Part shown: one piece after another, positions 27,723 through 36,879 of the stretch
How the letters are laid out: the number at the start of each line of letters is the position of its first letter
How positions within the stretch are numbered: position 1 is the first letter of the stretch
Source of the DNA: Eubacteriales bacterium
GTDB taxonomy: Bacteria > Bacillota > Clostridia > Lachnospirales > JAITVM01
Assembly: GCA_031551135.1 (NCBI GenBank)
Contig: JAVBOA010000012.1
Span: 844-64,843, forward strand
Length of the DNA: 64,000 nt
Reading direction: 5' to 3'
Notes under the pieces: model-generated
Told to the model about the DNA's origin: nothing
What the model saw: only the letters and a program-made list of their open reading frames with translations
The model's database searches: none
Made by a program: the position numbers and the translations under genes

Positions 27723-29261
27723 TTTGGGGTGATGAAAACGAATGCGATTTATGTTAGGCAATCAGTGGACAGACCTGATAGTATCTCCATTGAAAGCCAA
27801 GTAGAATATTGCAAATATGAAGTAAGAAACGAACAATTCCAACTTTATGCAGATAAAGGCTATAGTGGTAAAAATACTGAACGCCCGGAATTTCAAATGA
27901 TGATGAATCATATTAAAGATGGAATAATTAAAAAGGTAATAGTATATAAACTTGATAGGATAAGTAGGTCAATTTTAGACTTTTCTAATATGATGAATAT
28001 CTTTCAAGATTATGGAGTCGAATTTGTGTCAACAACAGAGAAATTTGACACATCTACACCAATGGGACGAGCTATGCTCAATATTTGTATTGTATTTGCT
28101 CAACTTGAACGGGAAACTATTCAAAAACGTGTGTCGGATGCGTATGCTTCGCGTAGTAAGGCTGGTTTTTATATGGGAGGACGCGTACCATACGGATTTA
28201 AGCGCATTCCAGTTACAATAAATGGTATTAATACTTCACAGTATGCGCCAATAGATATAGAGGTAGAGCATTTGCAGTTGATTTTTGAAAAGTACTCTAA
28301 ACCATCAACCTCAATAAGCGATGTAGTCAGATATTTTAGGGAACATAACATTGAGAAATCGAGGGGAAAAGAGTGGAGTACGTCACGTATTTCAGAAGTG
28401 CTTCGTAATCCGATTTATGCAAAAGCAGACATGAATTTATACAATTTTTATATCTCTCGCGGAACGGAAATCGTTAATATGCCTGAAAGTTTTATTGGCG
28501 AAAACGGTTGTTATCTATACACCAAGGACGTGAATAGTTTTGTAGGTGCCAAAAAGGATATGGCGCAATACAATAACATGATACTTGTGCTTGCTCCACA
28601 TAAAGGTATAGTTGATTCAGAAACATGGATTAAGTGTAGGTTAAAAGGGGAGCAAAATGTGCAAATACCAAACAGAAAAAAAGTTCGAGTGACATGGCTT
28701 TCAGGAAAATTAAAATGTGGGAAATGTGGACATGCATTACGTTACAATAAATGGATAGGTAAGACTGTGGTAAATGAATACTACTTATGCAGCGAAGTGT
28801 GTGGAAATCGTAGATGCAAGGGCTTTGGTGCAGTGAAAAAAGATAAAATTGAAGCAGAAATACTTAAACAACTTGAGGCAAAAGTAAAAAGTATAAAAAT
28901 AGAACAAAGTCAACCGAGAGAAAACCATATTGAGATTAATGCTATTAAAGCCCAAATAGCAATAAAAGAGAATGAAATTCAAGAAATAATGGAAAATCTT
29001 AAAGGTGCAAATTCTGCTGTATTAAAGTATATTAATACTACAGTAGAAAAATACGACGACGAAATCATAGAAATGAAAAATAATCTTATTAGACTTGAAA
29101 TGAGCAACAGTGGTAAAAAACAATTAGACACTGACACAATCGAAAAAACATTCAAGCATTGGGAAAAAATATCTATTGATGAAAGACAAGCTATTTCAGA
29201 TATATTAATCAAAAAGGTGCTAGTAACTAAAGACACGATTGAGATAGTATGGAAAGTCTAA
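27720..29261 (+). CDS. Large serine recombinase (prophage integrase)
   Basis: IYVRQS (catalytic Ser), GYSG...RP.F, VYKLDRISR, AQLERE, PYG, zinc ribbon CGKCG...YYLC...C and a coiled coil. Confidence 0.96.
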   Translation: MFGVMKTNAIYVRQSVDRPDSISIESQVEYCKYEVRNEQFQLYADKGYSGKNTERPEFQMMMNHIKDGIIKKVIVYKLDRISRSILDFSNMMNIFQDYGVEFVSTTEKFDTSTPMGRAMLNICIVFAQLERETIQKRVSDAYASRSKAGFYMGGRVPYGFKRIPVTINGINTSQYAPIDIEVEHLQLIFEKYSKPSTSISDVVRYFREHNIEKSRGKEWSTSRISEVLRNPIYAKADMNLYNFYISRGTEIVNMPESFIGENGCYLYTKDVNSFVGAKKDMAQYNNMILVLAPHKGIVDSETWIKCRLKGEQNVQIPNRKKVRVTWLSGKLKCGKCGHALRYNKWIGKTVVNEYYLCSEVCGNRRCKGFGAVKKDKIEAEILKQLEAKVKSIKIEQSQPRENHIEINAIKAQIAIKENEIQEIMENLKGANSAVLKYINTTVEKYDDEIIEMKNNLIRLEMSNSGKKQLDTDTIEKTFKHWEKISIDERQAISDILIKKVLVTKDTIEIVWKV

Positions 29262-29305
29262 TACACTGTCAATTGACCGTTTTGGGGAAGCACTTAGAAT
29301 CGTAC
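29261..29305. other. Predicted attR junction (P-B'), crossover near GG 29285-29286
   Basis: Directly after the integrase stop; host CotJC-like frame begins here; ATAC (left) and GTAC (right) lie pseudo-symmetrically with a 5-bp offset. Confidence 0.6.
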
Positions 29306-29346
29306 AGGATTATTTGGACAGCAAGCGCATGTTTTACGCAAAATAA
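29278..29346 (+). pseudogene. cotJC: 3' fragment of a cotJC-like spore coat manganese catalase gene split by the prophage
   Basis: Frame reads RFGEALRIVQDYLDSKRMFYAK*, resembling the CotJC C-terminus as recalled (…REREIVHxQRF(G/R)EA…); no start codon; followed by a terminator. Confidence 0.75.
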
Positions 29347-29352
29347 TCAATC

Positions 29353-29392
29353 AGTCCCTGAAACTCGAAATAAAAGAGTCAGGGACTTTTTT
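29353..29392 (+). terminator. Rho-independent terminator after the cotJC fragment
   Basis: AGTCCCTG...CAGGGACT followed by TTTTT. Confidence 0.8.
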
Positions 29393-29432
29393 ATAGAAAA
29401 TTTTTTAGTGCATAGTGGTATTCAACAAATTT

Positions 29433-30359
29433 TTACAATTGGTATTTATGTTTTAAAAATGAAATTCCGTTTGATTTAGGCCCCCTCGATTCGCTTACGG
29501 AAATGGAAAGCATAATCAAAGTTATGATATATGGCAGCATACTCAGCAAATCAACAGGAATATCAATTATTTTAGTTATTTGAATCTGCACTTTCAGCGC
29601 CTCGAAAAAGGCGAAAAGCAGAGAAGCGGCGACAGCTCTTTTGATATTCCAACGTCCCAAAATCATTGCGGCAAGTGCGATATATCCTCTGCCCGCAACC
29701 ATATTTTCTTGGAATCTGTCGAGGTTACCTATCGAGAGGTAAGAGCCGCCGAGACCTGCCAACGCACTTGAAATTAACATTGCGCAGTATCTTATTCTCC
29801 ATACATTTATTCCAACGCTTTCGGCCGTTTTTGGGTCTTCTCCGACACTCACAAGGCGCAGACCCACGGGAGTGTGATACAAAACATAATATGCTGCAAT
29901 AGCTACAACTATAAGTATATAGAAATATGGTGACATCTGTGACAGAAATTTCCCGATAACAGGTATATCGGAAAAAATTTCGGATGTTTTTACGGTATTT
30001 ACTTTCGGACTGTTTCCTCTTGTCTTAAATATTGCTTCCAAAAGGAAAGTCGTAACACCTGATGCAAATAGGGATATTCCAAGACTGCTTACGGGTTGTG
30101 AGCCACCGAACTCAATGGTAATAACGGCGTGAATTAAGCCGAGAGCCATTCCGCCCAAAATACCGCAAAGCATTCCGATTAACATATTTCCGCCGCTGTA
30201 ATAAGCTCCCAAAACCGATGTAAACGAACCCATTAACATCATACCTTCTATACCGATGTTAATAACGCCAGATTTTTCGTTAATAGTCGCGCCGATTGCA
30301 GCAAGACCAAGGGGAATTGTTAATAAAAGTGTAGATATAATCAGCGAAGAAAGATTCAT
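29433..30359 (-). CDS. Nucleoside/simple-sugar ABC transporter permease (NupC-like)
   Basis: EKSGVINIGIEGMML, GLRL..VGEDP..A...GINV, GRGYIALAA.ILG.W. Confidence 0.9.
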   Translation of the reverse strand: MNLSSLIISTLLLTIPLGLAAIGATINEKSGVINIGIEGMMLMGSFTSVLGAYYSGGNMLIGMLCGILGGMALGLIHAVITIEFGGSQPVSSLGISLFASGVTTFLLEAIFKTRGNSPKVNTVKTSEIFSDIPVIGKFLSQMSPYFYILIVVAIAAYYVLYHTPVGLRLVSVGEDPKTAESVGINVWRIRYCAMLISSALAGLGGSYLSIGNLDRFQENMVAGRGYIALAAMILGRWNIKRAVAASLLFAFFEALKVQIQITKIIDIPVDLLSMLPYIITLIMLSISVSESRGPKSNGISFLKHKYQL

Positions 30360-31408
30360 TTCGAAAGTCCTCCCTTCGTTTTTCTATAAAGATGGCTGAA
30401 AACAAATTGTCCTGCTATGAACAAAACTACCAAACCCTGTATTACATTAATTAAGCTTGTCGATACTCCCATTTTCTGCATTTCTGTCGAACCGGTACTA
30501 AGAATACTGAAAAGCAGAGCAGAAAGGATAACAGCGAAAGGATTGTTTTTTGCCATAAGAGAAACAGGTATTCCTGAATAGCCGTATCCCGGCGAAAATC
30601 CCGAAGATAGAAAATGCTGTCTGCCCAAAAGCTCAAGCCCGCCGCCCATTCCAGCCAGCGCGCCCGATATTACCAGCCCTAACAATGCCAGAAATGTAAC
30701 ATTCATTCCGGCATATTCTGCGGCATCTTTATTAAGTCCGACTATTTTTATTTTAAAGCCAAAAACTGTCTTATCTAAAATAATATATACGGCTACTACG
30801 GCAATCAGCGCAAAAACAATCGCCAGAGATACGCCGTAAGGCATTGGAATAATATACGGAAGTTTGGCGGTATCCTGAATTTTTGGAGTTGAGGAAGCTA
30901 AACTGTCGTTGCCCATATATTCGTTTATCAAAAATTGAACCAGAAAAATTGCAAGATAATTCAGCAAGATTGTGGAAATTACAACATTTACTTTTCTGGA
31001 TTCTTTTAAATAAGAAGCTATCAGCGCCCATAATGCTCCTCCGATTATAGCCGCCAAAACCGCCGCAATAGAATGAACGAAAGGAGGAAGCTTTACAAAA
31101 AGTCCCACGATTGTGGCGAATAATGCGCCGACATAAAGCTGTCCTTCTGCGCCTATATTGAATATTCCGACTTTGGCGGAAAAAACAAGTGCAAGGCCCG
31201 TGAGAATCAGCGGCACAGAATTTGTGATTGTGTCGGAAATTCCATATTTGCTACCAAGAGCGCCTTTCAGTAAAGCTCCGTATGCTTCGAACGGGTTGTG
31301 GCCGGAGATTTGCAGGAATATCCCGCCGACAAACAATGCTCCGAAAAGGCTTAAAATCATTAAAAATGCTTCTTGATGCTTGTCTAAAAATTTCAAAACA
31401 GCCGACAT
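30356..31408 (-). CDS. ABC transporter permease (NupB-like)
   Basis: FNIGAEGQ, STILLNY, GLN..AAEYAGM motifs. Confidence 0.9.
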   Translation of the reverse strand: MSAVLKFLDKHQEAFLMILSLFGALFVGGIFLQISGHNPFEAYGALLKGALGSKYGISDTITNSVPLILTGLALVFSAKVGIFNIGAEGQLYVGALFATIVGLFVKLPPFVHSIAAVLAAIIGGALWALIASYLKESRKVNVVISTILLNYLAIFLVQFLINEYMGNDSLASSTPKIQDTAKLPYIIPMPYGVSLAIVFALIAVVAVYIILDKTVFGFKIKIVGLNKDAAEYAGMNVTFLALLGLVISGALAGMGGGLELLGRQHFLSSGFSPGYGYSGIPVSLMAKNNPFAVILSALLFSILSTGSTEMQKMGVSTSLINVIQGLVVLFIAGQFVFSHLYRKTKGGLSK

Positions 31409-32926
31409 TTAACAACCTACCTTTCCGACCATCATACGGCCAATTTTTTCTTTATCAAATTCGCTGCTTTCGAGGCAACCGGTTATTTCGCCGCCGCACA
31501 TAACAATGATTTTGTCACAAAGCGCAAGTAATTCATCAAGCTCAAAAGAAATCATAAGAACGCCTTTATTTTCGTTTTTCAGATGAATCAGCTTATCGTG
31601 CACAAATTCAATCGCGCCGATATCAAGGCCTCTCGTTGGGTGCGCGACTAATATAAAATCAGGATTTTCGCCGGATTCTCTTGCTAAAATTACTTTCTGC
31701 TGATTACCTCCGGATAATGAACCAAGATTCAGAAATTCTGAAGAAGTGCGTATATCATAATCTTTTATTTTCTGTTTTGCGTTTTGATTAATATTTGCTC
31801 TATTCAGAAAATATTTTCTGCTTCTGAAGATTTCTTTATCTTCAAGCCCCATAATAAGATTATCTTCGATGGAAAAATCCAGAACAAGACCTTCTTTATG
31901 CCTGTCTTGCGGAACATATCCGAAACTTTTATTGCGTCTGTCTTTTACATGCAGATTTTCTACGTTTTCGCCATTAAATTGTATAGTTCCGTTTTGGTTG
32001 CGGTATACACCGGAAAGAAGATGTATCAATTCGCTTTGCCCGGAGCCGTCCACACCTGCAATACCGACAATTTCACCTTTTTTAACTTCAAAACTAATAT
32101 TATTTAAATTTTTTCCGCTTTTATCGGAATAATTTAAGCACTCGACTTTTAATGCAGGTACGCCGGATGTTGCGGATTTGCGTTCGGTTTTGCCGCCTAT
32201 TTTTGCGCTTCTGCCGATCATTTTTTCTACAATTTCATCAACGCTTGTATTTTTTGTTATCAAATCACCTGTAAGTTTTCCGAGTCGGAAAACTGTTATT
32301 CTATCAGTAAAATCCATTACTTCCTGCAGTTTATGAGTAATAATTATTATTGTTTTACCAAGTTTTTTCAATTTTTGAATTATATCGCCTAATTCTCTTA
32401 TTTCTTGCGGAGTAAGAACCGCCGTAGGTTCGTCCAGGATTAGGATATCGCTTTTCCTATAAAGCGCTTTCAATATTTCGACTCTTTGCTGCGCGCCTAC
32501 AGAAATATCTTTTACAAGAGCTTTTGAGTCAACAAACAATGAATATTCATCCATGAGTTTTTCGATATCCGCTGCAGCTTTTTTGCGGTCAAGAAAAAAC
32601 TTTGAACCGTATTCGGTGCCAAGGATAATATTTTCGGTTGTTGTAAGCGTTGGGATCAGCCTAAAATGTTGGCTTACCATACCAATACCCATATTGATAG
32701 CGTCTTTTGTGCTTTTATAGTTTACTTCACTGCCCTTGATAAAAATTTTTCCGCTTGTTTTTAAAGTTGAGCCGTAAATCATATTTACAAAAGTTGATTT
32801 TCCGGCACCATTTTCTCCGACAATGGCGTGAACTGAATTATCGGTAATTTCTATAGAAATATTGTCATTGGCAATAAAATTCCCATATTTTTTTGTTAAG
32901 TCCTCTGTTTTTATAATAGGATTCAT
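31409..32926 (-). CDS. ABC transporter ATP-binding protein with two ABC domains (NupA-like)
   Basis: GENGAGKST, LILDEPTAVL, LSGGNQQK, PTRGLDIGA. Confidence 0.93.
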   Translation of the reverse strand: MNPIIKTEDLTKKYGNFIANDNISIEITDNSVHAIVGENGAGKSTFVNMIYGSTLKTSGKIFIKGSEVNYKSTKDAINMGIGMVSQHFRLIPTLTTTENIILGTEYGSKFFLDRKKAAADIEKLMDEYSLFVDSKALVKDISVGAQQRVEILKALYRKSDILILDEPTAVLTPQEIRELGDIIQKLKKLGKTIIIITHKLQEVMDFTDRITVFRLGKLTGDLITKNTSVDEIVEKMIGRSAKIGGKTERKSATSGVPALKVECLNYSDKSGKNLNNISFEVKKGEIVGIAGVDGSGQSELIHLLSGVYRNQNGTIQFNGENVENLHVKDRRNKSFGYVPQDRHKEGLVLDFSIEDNLIMGLEDKEIFRSRKYFLNRANINQNAKQKIKDYDIRTSSEFLNLGSLSGGNQQKVILARESGENPDFILVAHPTRGLDIGAIEFVHDKLIHLKNENKGVLMISFELDELLALCDKIIVMCGGEITGCLESSEFDKEKIGRMMVGKVGC

Positions 32927-33060
32927 TGGCTATTCCTCCAAAAACGGGGCTGTATGCAAAAAGCAACAACCCCGAGATATACTGACGAACGAATAGATTT
33001 GTACACCTGTTCCATTCGGCAGAACAGCAATTTGCTAAAATAATTTGATTAAATTGCTTA

Positions 33061-34116
33061 TTACTCAACAGTATCCGGAACTTGAATTTCTCCGCTGATG
33101 ATTTTGTCTCTGAAAGAGGTGATTTTATCCATTACATCTTGAGGGATTTTAACCCCAAGCTCTTCGTTTTTAGGGTTGAAACGGATATCCACGCCGTTTT
33201 CGCTTAAACCGTTTTTAGTGATACCGGCAGTAAAAGATTTATCTTTTGCATAAGCTGTAATCAGGTTTTCAACAAGAGTATCAACTGATTTAACATGGGA
33301 GGCCATGATTTTATCTGACTTGTCAAATTGGCCTGTGGCTGCGCCCAAAGGAATAAAATCATTTTCGTTTGCTGCTTCAAAAACGCCTAAGTTACATGCT
33401 CCGGCACATGTAAAAATAAATTTTGCACCGTTTTTCGCCATAGCTGTGGCAGTTTCTTTTCCAAGAGCAGGGTCAGAGAAAGAGTTTGTGTATACAACTA
33501 AAATATCAGCATCTGTTTTGCCTACGGCTTTCGCGCCTTCAACGAATCCGGCTTCGAAACGTTTTAAAACAGGATTTCTCACTCCGGATATATATCCGAC
33601 TTTGCCGTCGGACATAAGGCCTGCAAAAGCTCCCACTAAATAAGCGGCTTCTTGCTCTTTAAACTGCGCAGACATAACATTTGGTAAATCGCTCGCTTGT
33701 CCGTCAATTTGAATAAATTTTGTGTCGGGAAATTCTTTTGAAACAACAAGAGTAGCTTCCTCCAAAGAAGACGCGCCTACAACAATCAGCTCATTGCCGT
33801 CTCTTGCCAGAGTACGGAGAGTCGATTCCAATGAACCTGCATCTTTCGGAGTGACAACAGTCGCTTCGATATTGGCGTTTGCGGCATCGGCAGCCATAAC
33901 GCCGGCATTGATAGCGTCGTTGAAAGCTTGGTCACCAAGTCCGGCAGTGTCTGTAAGATATCCTACTTTAATAACATCCTGCGCAGCTTGTTCGGCTTGC
34001 GATTCTGTGGCAGGTGCGCCGGAAGAATCTCCAGTATTTGTATTTGGCTGGCTGCATGACGTAAACAGCATCATCGCTGCAACAAGCGTAACTGAGAGTA
34101 CTCTCTTCATTTTCAT
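33061..34116 (-). CDS. BMP-family ABC substrate-binding lipoprotein
   Basis: Lipobox FTSC, GLGDQAFN, FKEQEAAYLVG, RFEAGF..G, F.DPALGKE.A. Confidence 0.9.
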   Translation of the reverse strand: MKMKRVLSVTLVAAMMLFTSCSQPNTNTGDSSGAPATESQAEQAAQDVIKVGYLTDTAGLGDQAFNDAINAGVMAADAANANIEATVVTPKDAGSLESTLRTLARDGNELIVVGASSLEEATLVVSKEFPDTKFIQIDGQASDLPNVMSAQFKEQEAAYLVGAFAGLMSDGKVGYISGVRNPVLKRFEAGFVEGAKAVGKTDADILVVYTNSFSDPALGKETATAMAKNGAKFIFTCAGACNLGVFEAANENDFIPLGAATGQFDKSDKIMASHVKSVDTLVENLITAYAKDKSFTAGITKNGLSENGVDIRFNPKNEELGVKIPQDVMDKITSFRDKIISGEIQVPDTVE

Positions 34117-34250
34117 TATAAATACCTCCTATTTATTGCAATTCCATATTTGATTTGCTCTTCACAAGGCGGAAAATGCTAAAATTAATACATTTTTTCG
34201 GCGAAGCGAAACGGAATTGCTATATAGTATTGTCATTGCTCTGTAAACTT

Positions 34251-34291
34251 AGCATAACAAAAATAACAATAACAAAAAAGGACATATGGCA
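34251..34291 (-). promoter_or_regulatory. Putative Crp/Fnr-activated promoter for the ABC operon
   Basis: Site GGACATATGGCA (34280-34291) centred 29.5 bp from the start of TGn-TATGCT (34256-34251, minus strand). Confidence 0.5.
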
Positions 34292-34425
34292 GTAATTTTG
34301 AAAAATATATATCTCTTATAATGGTAAATCAATTTAAGAGTGACACAATGTATATATTTGGTTAAATTTATATAAATGAATGAAATCAAAATTCATATTT
34401 GTTCCAATCCCAGGAATAAAGTTCT

Positions 34426-34466
34426 TGCCACATGACATTTTTTTTATGCAGCTTATAAAGTATAAT
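34426..34466 (+). promoter_or_regulatory. Putative Crp/Fnr-activated promoter for sulfatase and regulator
   Basis: Site TGCCACATGACA (34426-34437) centred 29.5 bp from the start of TATAAT (34461). Confidence 0.5.
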
Positions 34467-34503
34467 CACATTAAAAAACGCCAACCTGTGGAGGTTTATT
34501 GAT

Positions 34504-35997
34504 ATGGATTACCCAAACGAACAAACTAATATTGTGTTAATTATGAATGATCATCAGGCGTATTACCGCCATGGATGGGACGGAGGCGTAAAACCGAAAC
34601 GTCCTTATTTTGATAAACTTGCGGAGCAGGGTGTTGAATTTACTAAATCTTATTGTGCAACGCCGCTTTGCGGACCTGTGAGACGTTCTTTTATTAATGG
34701 TCTGTTTCCGCATAATCACGGACATTATTATAACGACTCAAAAGTTTCATATGACAATGAAGAAAGTTACCTTAAAATACTGAAAGAAAATAATTATGAT
34801 GTTTATTATTATGGAAAATGGCATGCCGGCCCGGGGACTGCAATCAGCGAACACGGCTGTGAGGGATTTAGCTGTGAAGCCTATGGAAATCCCTATATAA
34901 CAAAGGAATATAAAGAATATCTTGAAAAAAGAAATCTGCCTGAAGCTAGGCATTTTATAGAACATAATTTTACACCGGAGCGTTTTGCAGAAGAGGGTTT
35001 TTTTGTAGACATTTGCGAAAATATTGAATACCAGTGTAAATCAACCTGGTGCGGAGAACATGCCTCAGGCATAACTGTAACCCCGGAGGATACCCATGAA
35101 TCATTTTTTCTTGCGAATCTCGCTTGTGAAAAATTAGAAGAAATAGCCTCCTCAAAAAATAAAAAGCCTTTTCATTTGAGGGTTGACTTTTGGGGGCCGC
35201 ACCAACCGTTTTTTCCAACGCAAAAATACGCAGATATGTATAACCCCGACGATATTCAGATTTACGGCAATTTCTATGATACTCTCGAAAATAAACCGGA
35301 AGTGCATATGCTGGATGACAACAGGCTGATTAGCAAGGACAACAAAATGATTGTGCCTTCGCCTTTAGAATGGAAGGAATGGCAGAAAGTTTTGGCAAGA
35401 GCCTATGCTCATCAAACAATGATTGACGCAGCAGGCGGGCGTATTCTTGATAAACTGAAAGAATTGGGACTCGACAAAAACACGCTTATAATTTGGACTA
35501 CAGATCATGGCGACGGGCTTGCAAGTCATGGCGGACATTTTGATAAATCTTCGTATATGACAGAAGAGGTAATGAGAATACCGATGGCTATTTCATATCC
35601 CGAAAAAATAAATCCGAATACCAAAAACGACAGGCTGGTTTCAAATTTGGATTTGCCGACAACGATTTTGGCTTCTGCCGGACTTTCTTTTAAAAATAAA
35701 ACCGACAGCCGTAATCTTTTTGATGCTATCGATATGAATAAGTCTTGGCCGGACGATTTATTCTGTGAAACATTTGGCCATGGATATAAAGAACGCATTC
35801 GCGGTAGAATGTATGTAAACGGCGATTTTAAATATGTTAAATTTGAGGGACAGATGAAGGAATTGTATAATCTTGCGGAAGACCCGTATGAAATGAATAA
35901 CCTTGCCCTTGACGAAGGCTATGCTGATATGATACAAAAGATGGAGGACGGATTGCAGAAATTGCAAAGTGAAAATGGCGACACTCATGTGTTTTAA
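34504..35997 (+). CDS. Cys-type sulfatase (arylsulfatase A family)
   Basis: CGPVR (CxPxR) motif, GKWH, PH.PF, TTDHG and ELYNL..DPYEM.NL. Confidence 0.92.
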   Translation: MDYPNEQTNIVLIMNDHQAYYRHGWDGGVKPKRPYFDKLAEQGVEFTKSYCATPLCGPVRRSFINGLFPHNHGHYYNDSKVSYDNEESYLKILKENNYDVYYYGKWHAGPGTAISEHGCEGFSCEAYGNPYITKEYKEYLEKRNLPEARHFIEHNFTPERFAEEGFFVDICENIEYQCKSTWCGEHASGITVTPEDTHESFFLANLACEKLEEIASSKNKKPFHLRVDFWGPHQPFFPTQKYADMYNPDDIQIYGNFYDTLENKPEVHMLDDNRLISKDNKMIVPSPLEWKEWQKVLARAYAHQTMIDAAGGRILDKLKELGLDKNTLIIWTTDHGDGLASHGGHFDKSSYMTEEVMRIPMAISYPEKINPNTKNDRLVSNLDLPTTILASAGLSFKNKTDSRNLFDAIDMNKSWPDDLFCETFGHGYKERIRGRMYVNGDFKYVKFEGQMKELYNLAEDPYEMNNLALDEGYADMIQKMEDGLQKLQSENGDTHVF

Positions 35998-36026
35998 TAA
36001 TAGGTTTATATAAAGCAGGTGACTAT

Positions 36027-36740
36027 ATGACTTTAGATGAATTAACAAACATAAATCCAGTAGCATTACAAATTGTTGAGAGAATGCCGGAATATGTCAA
36101 AAATTCATCCAAGGTCATTTTTTTTCAGCAAAATATGTTTATTGTAGAAAAGGGCGAGCCTGCTAATAGTATATATATTTTTTGTGAAGGCGAAGTCGAG
36201 GTAATCAACAATTTTGAAAATGGCAGGTTTTATGTGCTCAAAAAGAATACGCCGGAAAGTTCGCATTATGACGAAATTCCTGATTTTTTCGGTTCGATAG
36301 CGATATTGGGAGGGCGGGAAACATACGCTTCGTCTGTGCTTGCCAGGTCTCATTGCACAACAATAAGGGTATCAAGAACAGATTTTTCAAAATGGTTTCA
36401 TGAGGATTTTTCCTTTGCAGTTCATATATCTAAATTAATTGCAAAACAGCATTGCGATAGCGCTGAGCTTTATGGAAATACAAGAGTATATCCGATAAAA
36501 TTTCTTATGGTGAAATATTTGATGGAAAGCTATAGGCAGAGCAAAGAAAGCGAGTTATTTATATTGAAGGACAAAAGGCGAGAGCTTGCCGGTCTGTTTT
36601 GCAGCACTGAAAGAACAATTAACCGTACTGTGAAATTTTTGCAAAACAATGGTTTCATACAGATTTTTAGAGGCAAAATTGCCGTTTCGCCGGATAATTA
36701 TAAAAAAATGCTGGAAAAGTTTGATACTTTATTGGAATAG
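36027..36740 (+). CDS. Crp/Fnr family transcriptional regulator
   Basis: cNMP-like domain (GEPANSIYIF.EGEV) and C-terminal HTH ELA.LF.STERTINR. Confidence 0.88.
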   Translation: MTLDELTNINPVALQIVERMPEYVKNSSKVIFFQQNMFIVEKGEPANSIYIFCEGEVEVINNFENGRFYVLKKNTPESSHYDEIPDFFGSIAILGGRETYASSVLARSHCTTIRVSRTDFSKWFHEDFSFAVHISKLIAKQHCDSAELYGNTRVYPIKFLMVKYLMESYRQSKESELFILKDKRRELAGLFCSTERTINRTVKFLQNNGFIQIFRGKIAVSPDNYKKMLEKFDTLLE

Positions 36741-36750
36741 AAAATTTTTA

Positions 36751-36790
36751 TACTATTTTCAATATAAATGATAGAAAAACGAAAATAGTA
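36751..36790. repeat. Short (40-bp) copy of MITE-like repeat
   Basis: TACTATTTTC...GAAAATAGTA flanked by TTA on both sides. Confidence 0.75.
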
Positions 36791-36817
36791 TTATTTGCTG
36801 ATACAATTTGATATATA

Positions 36818-36858
36818 AAAAAACTTCACAGCGGAGTGCTCCGATGTGAAGTTTTTTA
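36818..36858. terminator. Bidirectional terminator between convergent genes
   Basis: AAAAAACTTCACA...TGTGAAGTTTTTT. Confidence 0.75.
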
Positions 36859-36879
36859 CGTCAAAAGAGAATTAGTTAA

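Larger units (their letters stand above)
1..29286 (+). mobile_element. SPbeta-like large temperate prophage, right-hand portion (regulation, replication, nucleotide metabolism, integrase); left part lies outside the window
   Basis: Co-oriented phage-type genes in an order resembling the SPbeta yopQR and yorF-yorL regions, ending in a large serine recombinase; host housekeeping genes resume immediately afterwards. Confidence 0.9.

Noticed and set aside
29249-29479. Track ORF of 76 aa after the integrase
   Set aside because: It crosses the predicted att junction and a terminator and overlaps the convergent permease; the meaningful frame is the CotJC-like fragment
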